A stretch of DNA of 64,000 bases. Origin: Bdellovibrionales bacterium. GTDB lineage: Bacteria; Bdellovibrionota; Bdellovibrionia; Bdellovibrionales; JAGQZY01. Both the position numbers and the translations under genes were made by a program. This document shows, in pieces, positions 38,787 to 48,605 of the stretch; position 1 is the first letter of the stretch; the number at the start of each line of letters is the position of its first letter. A model generated the notes under the pieces. That model saw nothing but the letters and a program-made list of their open reading frames with translations. It ran no database searches and was not told the origin of the DNA. The stretch spans positions 96,001-160,000 of the forward strand of contig CAXRHT010000001.1 of the NCBI GenBank assembly GCA_964230645.1, written 5' to 3'.

Positions 38787-41278
38787 TGAGCTAGCCTATT
38801 GAGTGCATCCAAAGGAGTCAATTTTTGAATCTCAAGGCCTCGAATATTCTCTAACCACTTTTCTAGTTCGGGATTGGGTTGACTCTCTTGAACTTCAGTC
38901 TGTTCTTCCGCCATACGTTGCCATAAATCAAGTTGGGCACTACCACCCACCTCGCGGTGGTGATGAGCCTCATACTCTTTTAAAAGTTTACCGGCATACT
39001 TTACGACAGGCCCCGGCAGCCCCGCCAGTTTCGCCACCTGTATTCCGTAGGATTTTCCAGCAGCCCCCTCTTTTAATTGATAGCGAAAACGAATTTCACC
39101 ACTGTCCTCGCTTATGGCCATATGGCGATTGAGTAACTGCTCAGGATATTTGTCCTCTAAATCGGTGAGCTCATGGTAATGGGTAGCGAACAGGGTGTAG
39201 GATTTTAAAGTATTAATAAAATACTCCAAAATGGATTGCGCCAAACTCATACCATCGTAAGTGGAAGTTCCCCGTCCCACCTCATCCAGGATGACTAAGG
39301 AATTTTCAGTAGCTTTATTAAGCATTTCTGCGGTCTCAGTCATCTCAACCATAAAGGTAGAAAGACCTTCGGTGAGAAAGTCACTGGCACCAATACGGGT
39401 GAATATTTTGTCCACCAAAGGAAGCTCGGCTTTTCTGGCTGGAACAAAAGAGCCAATCTGAGCCATAAGACTTGTAATGGCCACCTGCCTCATCAGCGTA
39501 CTTTTACCCGCCATATTGGGCCCAGTGAGGAGAAGACATTGATTGGAATCCATTCGAATATCATTGGCAACGAATTGATTGGAGAGCACTTGCTCGATCA
39601 CTGGGTGCCGGCTTCCCTCAATTGAGATTTTGCCTTTTTCTTTGAGAGTGGGCCTTGAGTAATCGTTTTCCACAGCCAAATAAGCCAGAGCCGTGAAGAC
39701 ATCCAATTGGTTGCACTCTTGCGCTAATTGAACCAGTGCTCTCATGGAGCTGATCACATTTTTTTTGAGCTGCTCGAGGATTTCTAATTCGAGTTCCGCT
39801 CTTTTTGATTTTGCGGTAATCACTCTTTTTTCAAGCTCATTGAGCTCGTCGGTCACATAGCGTTCGGCATTGGTGAGAGTTTGCTTTCGCTGGTAGCGCT
39901 CTTTAGGAACTTTATCTTTATGAGTGTTTCGAACTTCAATATAGAAGCCAAAAACATTATTGTAGCGCACTTTAAGAGAAGGGATTGCCGTTTTTTCTTT
40001 TTCTTCTGACTCGAGCTTTCGAACTTCGCTTTGGGAGTCTTTCGCAATATGAATCAACTCATCAAGCTTAGTGTTAAAGCCTGTGGCTATAAAGCCTCCA
40101 TCTCTGAAATTAGCGGGAACCTCATCAACAAAGGCTGACTCAAGCTCTAAACGCAATTTTTTAAGCTTTTCTACAGCCTCATTATTTTTTGGAAGCTCTT
40201 CGTAAAACTTCAATAGTTCGAGTGCCGCTCCCATTGAGTCACAGAGGCTTTTAAAATCCCTCGGATGACACTGGGGCTGGCTGATTTTTCCAATACGTCT
40301 TTCAAGATCACCCACCTGAAAAAGAGTCTTACGCAGTGATTTCAAGTCGTCATATTGACCCACCCATTTTTCCACTTGATCCTGTCTTTGCACGATTTCA
40401 GAAGGATCAATTAAGGGAAACTGAAGCCAATTTTTTAACTTCCTGGCGCCACCGGCTGTGCGAGTGCGATTGATGGCGGCAAAGAGACTGGAATCTTTTT
40501 CTCCCTTGTAGGTTTTGAAGATCTCAAGATGGCGAAAGACCTGCGAAGACACTTGCATCCGCATACGAGAGTTTCTTTTTTCAAAAGGATGAAGCGAGGA
40601 GAGCACTGACTCTCCTTGCATAGAAACCGCGTAGGACAAAAGACGATTCGCCGATCGAGGCAAGTCCTTTTCCTGATCGAGGAGGTCCTCGTAGAAACTT
40701 ACCACTCCCTTCCAATGCTCAGGCTTAATAATATGAAAAAGCTTTTCTTGTTTCTCAGAAAGGATGATTTCTACAGGATTGAGAGTATCCACAAATTGAG
40801 AAATCTCGGTTGAGTCTTTTACCAGAAAATAAAAACACTCCCCAGTGGTTGAGTCCATAAAACTAAGAGTGTTTTCATCAAGGGAGCAGAGGTAGTTGGG
40901 CGAGGTCGACTCCAGAGTTTCTGGATCGTAAACCATTCCGGGTGAAAGAATCCTGGTGATCTCTCTTTTTACCAAACCTTTAGCCGTCTTTGGGTCTTCT
41001 ACCTGGTCGCATATGGCCACTTTCTTTCCGGCCTCTAAAAGCTTATTGATTTGACCTGCGATCGAATGGTGAGGCACTCCACACATGGGTGTTTGATCCC
41101 CTGATTTTTTGTTTCTTGCGGTAAGAGCAATACCCAAAAGAGGGGCTGCGATTTGAGCGTCCTCATGGAACATTTCAAAGAAATCCCCCATACGGAAGAG
41201 AACTATTTTGTCCGGGTGAATGGATTTTACACTCCAGTATTGCTTCATCAAGGGGGTCATTTCTTTTGCTTTTGCCAT
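38765..41278 (-). CDS. mutS: DNA mismatch repair protein MutS
   Basis: TPLMKQY, FRMGDFFE, TGPNMAGKST, STFMVEM, DEVGRGTST, FATHYHEL, SYGIQVA. Confidence 0.97.
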   Translation of the reverse strand: MAKAKEMTPLMKQYWSVKSIHPDKIVLFRMGDFFEMFHEDAQIAAPLLGIALTARNKKSGDQTPMCGVPHHSIAGQINKLLEAGKKVAICDQVEDPKTAKGLVKREITRILSPGMVYDPETLESTSPNYLCSLDENTLSFMDSTTGECFYFLVKDSTEISQFVDTLNPVEIILSEKQEKLFHIIKPEHWKGVVSFYEDLLDQEKDLPRSANRLLSYAVSMQGESVLSSLHPFEKRNSRMRMQVSSQVFRHLEIFKTYKGEKDSSLFAAINRTRTAGGARKLKNWLQFPLIDPSEIVQRQDQVEKWVGQYDDLKSLRKTLFQVGDLERRIGKISQPQCHPRDFKSLCDSMGAALELLKFYEELPKNNEAVEKLKKLRLELESAFVDEVPANFRDGGFIATGFNTKLDELIHIAKDSQSEVRKLESEEKEKTAIPSLKVRYNNVFGFYIEVRNTHKDKVPKERYQRKQTLTNAERYVTDELNELEKRVITAKSKRAELELEILEQLKKNVISSMRALVQLAQECNQLDVFTALAYLAVENDYSRPTLKEKGKISIEGSRHPVIEQVLSNQFVANDIRMDSNQCLLLTGPNMAGKSTLMRQVAITSLMAQIGSFVPARKAELPLVDKIFTRIGASDFLTEGLSTFMVEMTETAEMLNKATENSLVILDEVGRGTSTYDGMSLAQSILEYFINTLKSYTLFATHYHELTDLEDKYPEQLLNRHMAISEDSGEIRFRYQLKEGAAGKSYGIQVAKLAGLPGPVVKYAGKLLKEYEAHHHREVGGSAQLDLWQRMAEEQTEVQESQPNPELEKWLENIRGLEIQKLTPLDALNRLAQWQQELS

Positions 41279-41562
41279 AGGGCTAAGAACTATAGGAAGG
41301 GGTCAAAGATTTGTCCAAAAGTTCCATTCCGACATCCGGAAATGCCATCCTGCAGCGACAGAGAGCCCTTCTTTCGGTACAGCCCCCTCATCAGGTCTAA
41401 TGCAAGAGGGAATCTGTGCGAGTTGAAAGCTTTTCATCCCTGCTTTTGGCAAATTCTAACGTCCACTCAATTTCCTATCGACACAGGAAAACCAGGGCCA
41501 TAGTGTAAGGGGCAGAAAATGTAAGCCTAGTATTTAGGCAATTAAATTGGGGACATCAAATT

Positions 41563-42402
41563 TTGGGGGGACAAGTGTTAATTCTTTCAGCACTACTCAG
41601 TGTATTCGTCATGGCTAATGAAGCCGATCATTCAAAAAGTTATTACAATATAGAAGAAGCCAAAATGAGGTGTCAGACTTCCTACACCCAAAGTCCCACC
41701 CTTTATATGAGTGAGTACTCTTGGGGCTATTCCCTCAAGACGATGAGAGGGAAGTTTGAAGAGATCTATGCTTCTGGAAAAAGGTTAGACTTCCACAATG
41801 AGTACAACAAAGACGAAGATCAGTTTTACCTCTACCTCAATAAGTTCAGCGAGGTAAAGCCTCTGGCCATCACCGAAGATTTTATTAAAAGTGTGACCTA
41901 TCAAATTGAATCCGCTCACAACGAAGGTTTTGCAGAGTTTGTTTTCTTCCCTGACATGGGCCACTCTCACCTTTATTTTCCACTGGATCACTGGGAAAAA
42001 GAGTACGAAAGTAAAGATTTTGAGCAAGAAGAGCGCTATCAAAAGATGCTCGCTGACCCGAAGATGCGTCCCCTTTACCACTTAACCGAACAGCTTCAAA
42101 TGCAAGACGAACACGAAGAAGTGATCGACGATCCTGTTTTAGCTTTCAAATACTGGCATCGTAATTTCATGGGCTACAACAACAGCTCTTATTCCTTTGA
42201 GATCCCGGTTAATAAAGAGGAAAACTACAACACGGTTCGCGAGGTTCCAGGCTACCACCGCTGGAGTGCCGGTTTTGCTGTGAGTGCCAGTGAAGATGGC
42301 TGCTTTCCTTACCGAGACGCTGATGGCAACAAACGCTATTTTGACATTAGCATGCACGACCCGGGCTACGAACCTGGAGAGGGTTCCGGCTACGGGCTCT
42401 AA
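41563..42402 (+). CDS. secreted acidic hypothetical protein
   Basis: Signal-like N-terminus; 279 aa; FPDMGHSHLY segment; no family recognised. Confidence 0.7.
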   Translation: MGGQVLILSALLSVFVMANEADHSKSYYNIEEAKMRCQTSYTQSPTLYMSEYSWGYSLKTMRGKFEEIYASGKRLDFHNEYNKDEDQFYLYLNKFSEVKPLAITEDFIKSVTYQIESAHNEGFAEFVFFPDMGHSHLYFPLDHWEKEYESKDFEQEERYQKMLADPKMRPLYHLTEQLQMQDEHEEVIDDPVLAFKYWHRNFMGYNNSSYSFEIPVNKEENYNTVREVPGYHRWSAGFAVSASEDGCFPYRDADGNKRYFDISMHDPGYEPGEGSGYGL

Positions 42403-42460
42403 TGACCCCATGCTCCTTAGCGGGTATGCATGAGATTTCAAATCGCGCTATAAATATTCA

Positions 42461-43267
42461 ATGACGATAAAAAGAAAACTGCACGAGATTATCTTTGAAG
42501 CCGAAACCCGTGGGGGTCGGATTTTCGATGTGGTTTTAATTATAGCTATTGTTTTGAGTGTAGCCACCTCAATGGCTGAATCGGTGGCGGCTATCAGGCA
42601 AGGCCATGAACAACTTTTTTTCTACCTAGAAGTGGGCTTTACTCTATTTTTTACCATCGAGTATGCTTTAAGAATTTACTGCTCAAAGAACACCTCTTCC
42701 TATGCTCTCAGTTTTTTTGGAGTCGTCGACCTCTTAGCCACTCTCCCCTTTTACATTTCAATCATCGTTCCGGGGGCACAAAGCCTATCCATTGTTCGAG
42801 CTTTACGAATCGTGCGAATCTTTCGAGTACTAAAACTCAACCGTTATGCGATGGCAGGACAGCAACTTTCAAAAGCCATGAAACAAAGTTGGCCAAAAAT
42901 TTTTGTATTTTTGATCACTGTCGTCAGTAGTGTTTCTATTATGGGAGCCTTGATTTACCTCATAGAAGGACCCGGCAATGGTTTCACCAGTATTCCTCGC
43001 GGGGTTTACTGGGCCGTTGTCACCATGACCACCGTCGGTTACGGAGATCTCGCCCCACAAACACCCTTTGGACAGTTCATGAGTGTCGTTTTAATGATAC
43101 TTGGATATGGAGTGATCGCTGTTCCCACTGGAATTGTGTCTTCTGAAATCATTCAAGACAACAGAGACTGGGCACTGACTAAAACTTGTCCGCAATGTTT
43201 TAAAGAAGGTCATGAACGCGGGGCCCATTACTGCAACCGCTGCGGGCACAATTTAAAGTCTCAATAG
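42461..43267 (+). CDS. voltage-gated potassium channel-like ion transporter
   Basis: S4 RALRIVRIFRVLKL, filter TTVGYGD, C-terminal CPQC..CNRC zinc ribbon. Confidence 0.93.
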   Translation: MTIKRKLHEIIFEAETRGGRIFDVVLIIAIVLSVATSMAESVAAIRQGHEQLFFYLEVGFTLFFTIEYALRIYCSKNTSSYALSFFGVVDLLATLPFYISIIVPGAQSLSIVRALRIVRIFRVLKLNRYAMAGQQLSKAMKQSWPKIFVFLITVVSSVSIMGALIYLIEGPGNGFTSIPRGVYWAVVTMTTVGYGDLAPQTPFGQFMSVVLMILGYGVIAVPTGIVSSEIIQDNRDWALTKTCPQCFKEGHERGAHYCNRCGHNLKSQ

Positions 43268-43306
43268 GTAGCCAATCAGGCCCATGAAATTATAGATTCT
43301 GAGACT

Positions 43307-44149
43307 TTACATCATCAACTGACAGCCCGACTCCATGATTACAAGGCTTAGGAAATCATCGATGCTTGCTTCCAGGTCATCTCGACAAATATCCCAGTGC
43401 CAGCCACCACTGGCGTAGGCGAATTGTTTTAGGTCTTCTAAATCGTTGTCCATCCATTCTTGAATTTGAGGTGGCAGAACATTTCCTTGAAATCGATTCG
43501 GCAAAACTCCAGACATATCCGCCGAACAAGTGGGACTCATATCGGATAACTCCATTCCATTTTCCAAATTCACTGAAATGGCTCCGGCCATAAACCTAGT
43601 CGTACCCAGAGCTTGTTTAATCAAAGCCAGTTCTTCTTCCGGGCTTCCATACTCAAAACCGGGAGCCGCGTCTGTAATTATGAGGGCTGCCACCATATCT
43701 TCTCCTCGAAGATCATCGAGATTGGCCACCACGGACCTTGAAATTGAGCTGTAGGTAATTTCCTTATTTCCAGAAGTTAAATTATAAATGGGATCGCTGT
43801 TTGTTCCCACTGGCAAGACTCCACTAAAAGGACCAGAGATTCTCGCCGCTAATTCTTCATCGGCATTAGGCATTGCATCTGTAAGGAAAGCGGGCGATCC
43901 ATAGGGGCGATAATTATTGAATTCCACGTCTTCATAGAGAATGTTACTTGTCGCAATTCGAAATTTTCCACAGGTGTTTTTCATTTTATTAGTTATTCGT
44001 GGAATGAGCTGAGCCACTTTCCCGCGATTGTCATCAAGCGACCCACTAAAATCTAAGTAGATCATGAGGGTCACGTCGTTTGCTAGTGCCGACTGTGAAC
44101 TTGAGCAAACTAAAACAAGGGCGATCAAAATCAATCGTAAATGAGACAA
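43307..44149 (-). CDS. secreted vWA-like domain protein
   Basis: SD aggag; signal peptide; MIDAS-like IYLDFSGS and LIITDA. Confidence 0.7.
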   Translation of the reverse strand: MSHLRLILIALVLVCSSSQSALANDVTLMIYLDFSGSLDDNRGKVAQLIPRITNKMKNTCGKFRIATSNILYEDVEFNNYRPYGSPAFLTDAMPNADEELAARISGPFSGVLPVGTNSDPIYNLTSGNKEITYSSISRSVVANLDDLRGEDMVAALIITDAAPGFEYGSPEEELALIKQALGTTRFMAGAISVNLENGMELSDMSPTCSADMSGVLPNRFQGNVLPPQIQEWMDNDLEDLKQFAYASGGWHWDICRDDLEASIDDFLSLVIMESGCQLMM

Positions 44150-44265
44150 TTTATTACTCCTAAGCTGTTTCTTATTTTTACTACAAATGCCTTGATGATT
44201 GAGATTTTATTGATTTTGCTTGAACTATTTTCAAACTGTCTAAAATTTAAATAGCTGACTCCCTG

Positions 44266-44467
44266 ATGTCGTTTTGGGTGATCGAGAAATGTCGCTTTGG
44301 GGAGAATTAGAAATGTCGTCTTGAACTGATGTATGAATGTCGTCCTGAGGCGAAGCCGAAGGACCTTGGAGTTCGATCGAAGCCCTCTCAGATCCTTCGG
44401 CTTCGCCTCAGGATGACAGTGGGAGCTCGCCTCAGGAGGGCAATAGAGAGCGTTCCTCCGGACGACA
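44266..44467. repeat. REP-like doublet with degenerate ~24-bp tandem units on both sides
   Basis: Left arm tgtcgtcctgaggcgaagccgaaggacct 44338-44366; right arm agatccttcggcttcgcctcaggatgaca 44390-44418; atgtcg recurs at 44266, 44289, 44313, 44337; two decayed units at 44419-44467. Confidence 0.9.
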
Positions 44468-44475
44468 TTGTTTTT

Positions 44476-46149
44476 TCAAAGACCAAATAAACCCCGTAAA
44501 GAGTCTTGAATAAGGCCAATGGAATTGGGTAAATCCACCCCAAGGCTACGATCTAAAAACTCCGAAACCATATGATAGGCCTCATTAATGACGAGTGGGA
44601 CACTGGCTGTAAAACCGATCCGTTGAATCCAGATTTGCACCTGGGAGTGTTCAACGAGAACGTTGAGCGTTCCGATTTGTGTTCCTAAAAGCTCTCCTTC
44701 ATTGGCAAGCTCCAAACTTCTTTCAAGAGAGGTGGGAAGAATGTCTTTGGCTTTCAGTTCAGCAATATTTTCTGTAAGGCCCTGTTTGAAAGCCATAAAA
44801 TCTGAACTGTAAAAAGGAATGCGTGAGAAACTGGTGTAAAATTGTCTTTCACCATGGCGAGCGGCAATATCACGAGCCGCGACAACAAATGCCTCTGTCC
44901 CGCGTGCTTCTCGAATTTTATGGAGAGTTTCAATATCACTTAAATGCTGATCGATGGCCCGTTGGTTTAAAACGCCTTTGATAAACTGATAAAGCAGTAA
45001 ACGCCCGGCCTCGCTAATTTGCCCCAACCGGTCGGTAACCCACGTAAAGACGCCTACTTTTTGAGAGTCTGGGCGGATACGAAAACCTCCCCCTGGGATT
45101 AGGTCCACTTTGGTAATAAGAAAATCGGTCAGGCCACTAATGGGAGCTACGAGTGTTTGAACCCAGTAACTTCTAGTTTCAGCTTCAAGATCGTGTGTGA
45201 GCAAAACAGTCAATGGAGCCTCTGGCCTATAAACTCGGCGACGGCCTTGTGAATAGAGACTTGGAGCGGCTCCAAAAACCTGCTTTACAAACTGGCGGTC
45301 TATGCGAGCCTCAGAATCAAAAAGGTAAGGCATTAAATTGTTACTAATCGAGTTCGGCGGAAGCATCCCACGCAGTTCGGCTTGCAGAGCCGTTAAGGCT
45401 TGCAGACGATTGTAGGCTGTCACCACGGTTTGAGGGGAAACTTGAGTTGGGCTTGGCAATTCTCCCTCTCCCTCTGCGCCATTATCCGCGACCGTGTTTA
45501 GGTCTTCAATACTGGCCTGTAATCCTCTGGCTTGTACTTGCTCTAAAAATTCGTCTAGCTTCAGACCTCGGGAATGAAGAATCCTTTCTAGCTCTCCATT
45601 TTCCGTCATCTCGGTGATCACCCAATCGGCTGCTGAAAAGTCAGAATAATTATCTCCAAGAACTTCGATGGACTGATCCATAAGATTTGTTAGTTCGGTT
45701 TCATACTGAGAGGCTTCGTTCTGGTCGATCAATGTATTGTTCAGCAAATTTCCCAATTCCATATAAAGAAGGCGACTGGTGTGAAGGATTCTTGCTTCGC
45801 CGAGGACAACATCGTAAAGATGGCGCAGCTTCTCCACCACACGATGAGGATCACCGGTTCGAATAGACATTCGCCACTGGTGAATCATCTTCTCGCGGGC
45901 TTCGCGAGTTTCTCGAACATGGGCTCCCCGTCGATTTTTCAGAGACTCAATTTCTGAGTTTAATTCCATGATACTGCGATAGGTATGAAGATCTTCTGCC
46001 AGTGCTTCAATTTCATTGTTGAAAGCATCAATCGTTGGCGTTTGAGTTTGAGTGCCCTCAAAGACCTTTTGGCAAGAGAGACTGGCCCAAGATGAGGAAG
46101 CTCCCAATAAAATGGAAAGGAAAATAAGGCTCAATAACCGCATCAACAT
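44476..46149 (-). CDS. secreted helical hypothetical protein
   Basis: Signal peptide ending SWA then SLSCQKVF; 557 aa; no family recognised. Confidence 0.75.
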   Translation of the reverse strand: MLMRLLSLIFLSILLGASSSWASLSCQKVFEGTQTQTPTIDAFNNEIEALAEDLHTYRSIMELNSEIESLKNRRGAHVRETREAREKMIHQWRMSIRTGDPHRVVEKLRHLYDVVLGEARILHTSRLLYMELGNLLNNTLIDQNEASQYETELTNLMDQSIEVLGDNYSDFSAADWVITEMTENGELERILHSRGLKLDEFLEQVQARGLQASIEDLNTVADNGAEGEGELPSPTQVSPQTVVTAYNRLQALTALQAELRGMLPPNSISNNLMPYLFDSEARIDRQFVKQVFGAAPSLYSQGRRRVYRPEAPLTVLLTHDLEAETRSYWVQTLVAPISGLTDFLITKVDLIPGGGFRIRPDSQKVGVFTWVTDRLGQISEAGRLLLYQFIKGVLNQRAIDQHLSDIETLHKIREARGTEAFVVAARDIAARHGERQFYTSFSRIPFYSSDFMAFKQGLTENIAELKAKDILPTSLERSLELANEGELLGTQIGTLNVLVEHSQVQIWIQRIGFTASVPLVINEAYHMVSEFLDRSLGVDLPNSIGLIQDSLRGLFGL

Positions 46150-46357
46150 AAAAGTCCCTCACTACAGTGACTGTTTCAGGTAAGGAACCACGGTTATCAT
46201 AGTCTTTTCATTGTTATAAGATCTGTTGCACTTTTTGCAGTCTCGTATGGAATTTATACAATATTTTTCTTAGTATTTTTAGTTACTTAGAGACTAGACC
46301 TCACCTATTAGTTAAGACTCACACAGAACTCTAGTAAAACCAAATAACTTCGCCTTA

Positions 46358-46543
46358 TTAAATGGTGCCGGGATAGATTTTCTTTTTACTTTGGCTCATC
46401 TTCGATTTTTGCAGGAATTGCTCATCACGCTTAAGGCGCACATCAGGGTCGGAGGGCTCTACCCAAAATCGAGCTTGAGGTTCAGGAGTGTGCACACACC
46501 CCACCAAAACGACATACATCAGCACCGCCAATATTGCTTTCAC
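46358..46543 (-). CDS. small putative lipoprotein
   Basis: SD aaagga; lipobox LVGC; 61 aa. Confidence 0.55.
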   Translation of the reverse strand: MKAILAVLMYVVLVGCVHTPEPQARFWVEPSDPDVRLKRDEQFLQKSKMSQSKKKIYPGTI

Positions 46544-46819
46544 TTAACAAATTCCTTTATTTCATTATGATCTTTAGCCCACACCTAACATAAACTTTTC
46601 ATCCTAACAGTGAAAAAAAAGTCACAATGAAAGTTTTTCGATCCCGCCAAGTTCCTAGATAGGGAGGCCTCCCTTTCTTCTTTTTATTTCTCTATAGATA
46701 ATCAATTAAAATGACTGAGCAGGCCTAATTAACTTGGTCTACATTTTTCCGAAAAAATTAAATCAAACAAAACCTTTCAAAAAGAGACTTTTTTCTCTGG
46801 AGTTCCGTCCAAGCCACGA

Positions 46820-46993
46820 TCCCCAAGCTGCCATTAATAATAATTCTCTAAAGGGCTCTCGTGAGCGTGACGCGTTTTCGCCCGCAGGGCGAAACACCAG
46901 CAAGGTCCACGGCATGCGAAGCTGTACAGCTTCGCATGTGGCCGTCATGGATGCCGGCCCTGTAGAGATTTATTATTAATGGCAGTTTGGGGA
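46820..46993. repeat. 174-bp palindromic element with 37-bp inverted arms and internal hairpins
   Basis: 46820-46856 versus 46957-46993 complementary at 34/37; internal tttcgccc-gca-gggcgaaa hairpin and perfect 26-bp palindrome at 46913-46938. Confidence 0.88.
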
Positions 46994-47019
46994 GCCGAGG
47001 ACTTCGATCGAGCTCTCAC

Positions 47020-47192
47020 AGATCCTTCGGCTTCGCCTCAGGATGACAATGGAGGTTCGCCTCAGGACGACAATGGAGGTTCGCCTCAGGACGACAATGG
47101 AGGTTCGCCTCAGGACGACAATGGAGGTTCGCCCCAGGACGACAATGGAGGTTCGCCTTAGGACGACAATGGAGGTTCGCCCCAGGATGACA
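47020..47192. repeat. REP-like right arm plus 6 x 24-bp tandem units
   Basis: Arm 47020-47048 identical to 44390-44418; units atggaggttcgcctcaggacgaca at 47049, 47073, 47097, 47121, 47145, 47169, ending flush with the mpl stop codon. Confidence 0.95.
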
Positions 47193-48605
47193 CTAAGACT
47201 CCAGGGCCTCTAAGATTTTTTGATAGATCCCTTGAAAGGAGCCATTGCTCATAATTAGAACTGTGTCCCCTTTCTTAGCCCGCGCCTTGATTTCTGCAAT
47301 CGCAACAGCAACGTCTTCAAACACAAGAGCTCTTTTGTTTTCATTGATTTTCGCTGCAATTTTATCCACATCTAAGAAATCAGCCGAGTTCATATTTTGA
47401 GTGCCCGAGGCTGGGCGACAAAGAAAGGTTTCATCGGCCATCAAAAAGGCTTCTTCATACTCTTTCTGAAAAATATTTCGCCTGGAGGTATTTGATCTTG
47501 GTTCAAATAGAGCAAAAAGTTTACCGCGCTCCTTTCTTCCCTGCAGACTGGCGATGGTGGCCTTCACTGCCGTGGGATGATGAGCAAAATCTTCGATCAC
47601 CTGGATTCCACCAGGCTCCCCGATCAATTCTTGTCGGCGCTTCACCCCTTGAAAAGAGCGAAAAGAGGACGCTAAGTCGGATTTAAAACCAAGAGTCTTG
47701 CAAAGAGCGTAGACCGCTAGCCCATTGAGTGCATTGTAGCCTCCAAACATGGGGATAAATATTTTCTCTTCGACTCTCCCCTTATAATTGACATCAAATT
47801 CAATCCCTTGTCTTAAGAACTCCAAGTGCGACAAAGTCCAGTCACCCTCATGTTGGCCATAGGAGACTTTTTGAGCGTTACAGTGCTCCAACAAGCCTCG
47901 AATATTACGATCTTCACTATTATAAACCAGAAGGCCTTCTTTTTCTGGAATCAGTTCCATAAGACTTTTAAAGGCCTTTAGAATTTCATCGAGGTTTGAG
48001 TAAATATCGGCGTGGTCAAACTCAATATTTCCTAAAATAACCGAACGGGGTTTGTAGAAGGTGAACTTTGGCACCTTGGCAAAAAAAGCGGTGTCATACT
48101 CATCGCCTTCAATCACAAAATGTTCGCCTTTGGGATTTTGAAAAGAGCCTTCAAAATTTTTTGCTATTCCCCCAATTAAAAAACCGGGTTTAAGTCCTTC
48201 CTGCTGACACATCCAGGAGAGCATTGAAGTGGTGGTGGTTTTTCCATGTGTACCGGCAACAACCATGGAGTGTCGATCTTCGATCACAAAATCTCGAAGG
48301 GTTTCCGGAAGGCTGGCATAAGGGATGTCTTTTTGTAAAAGTGCTTCGGCCTCTTCAAAATGCTTTGAGATAACATTACCCACAACAACAAAGTCAGGAT
48401 TGGAGTCTAAATTGCTCGCCTTATAACCTTGCAGAATCTCTATGCCCTGTTTTTCTAAAAAGGTCGACATAGGAGGATAAACATTTTGATCACTTCCCGT
48501 CACTCTAAAGCCTCTTTCCTTTAGCAGCCCCGCTAGTGAAGCCATAGCGGTTCCACAAATACCCATTAGATGAATATGGTCTCCAGACTTTAATTGATGT
48601 TTCAT
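47193..48605 (-). CDS. mpl: UDP-MurNAc:L-Ala-gamma-D-Glu-mDAP ligase (murein tripeptide ligase)
   Basis: HIHLMGICGTAMASLA, GSDQNVYPPMS, AGTHGKTTT, EGDEYDTAFF, EFDHADIY, DFAHHPTA, FEPRSNT, MSNG. Confidence 0.93.
   Translation of the reverse strand: MKHQLKSGDHIHLMGICGTAMASLAGLLKERGFRVTGSDQNVYPPMSTFLEKQGIEILQGYKASNLDSNPDFVVVGNVISKHFEEAEALLQKDIPYASLPETLRDFVIEDRHSMVVAGTHGKTTTTSMLSWMCQQEGLKPGFLIGGIAKNFEGSFQNPKGEHFVIEGDEYDTAFFAKVPKFTFYKPRSVILGNIEFDHADIYSNLDEILKAFKSLMELIPEKEGLLVYNSEDRNIRGLLEHCNAQKVSYGQHEGDWTLSHLEFLRQGIEFDVNYKGRVEEKIFIPMFGGYNALNGLAVYALCKTLGFKSDLASSFRSFQGVKRRQELIGEPGGIQVIEDFAHHPTAVKATIASLQGRKERGKLFALFEPRSNTSRRNIFQKEYEEAFLMADETFLCRPASGTQNMNSADFLDVDKIAAKINENKRALVFEDVAVAIAEIKARAKKGDTVLIMSNGSFQGIYQKILEALES

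Noticed and set aside
41343..41416. Possible decayed REP-like arm (tgccatcctg ... gggaatct) upstream of mutS
   Set aside because: Halves are separated by about 50 unrelated nt and the similarity is too low.
46979..47161. 60-aa ORF with SPQDDNGG repeats
   Set aside because: Translation of the 24-bp DNA repeat; no SD, and a unit variant creates the stop.
47020..47192. CRISPR array (also 244-345 and 34954-35058)
   Set aside because: Units are 24-26 bp head-to-tail with no unique spacers, and no cas genes are in the window.
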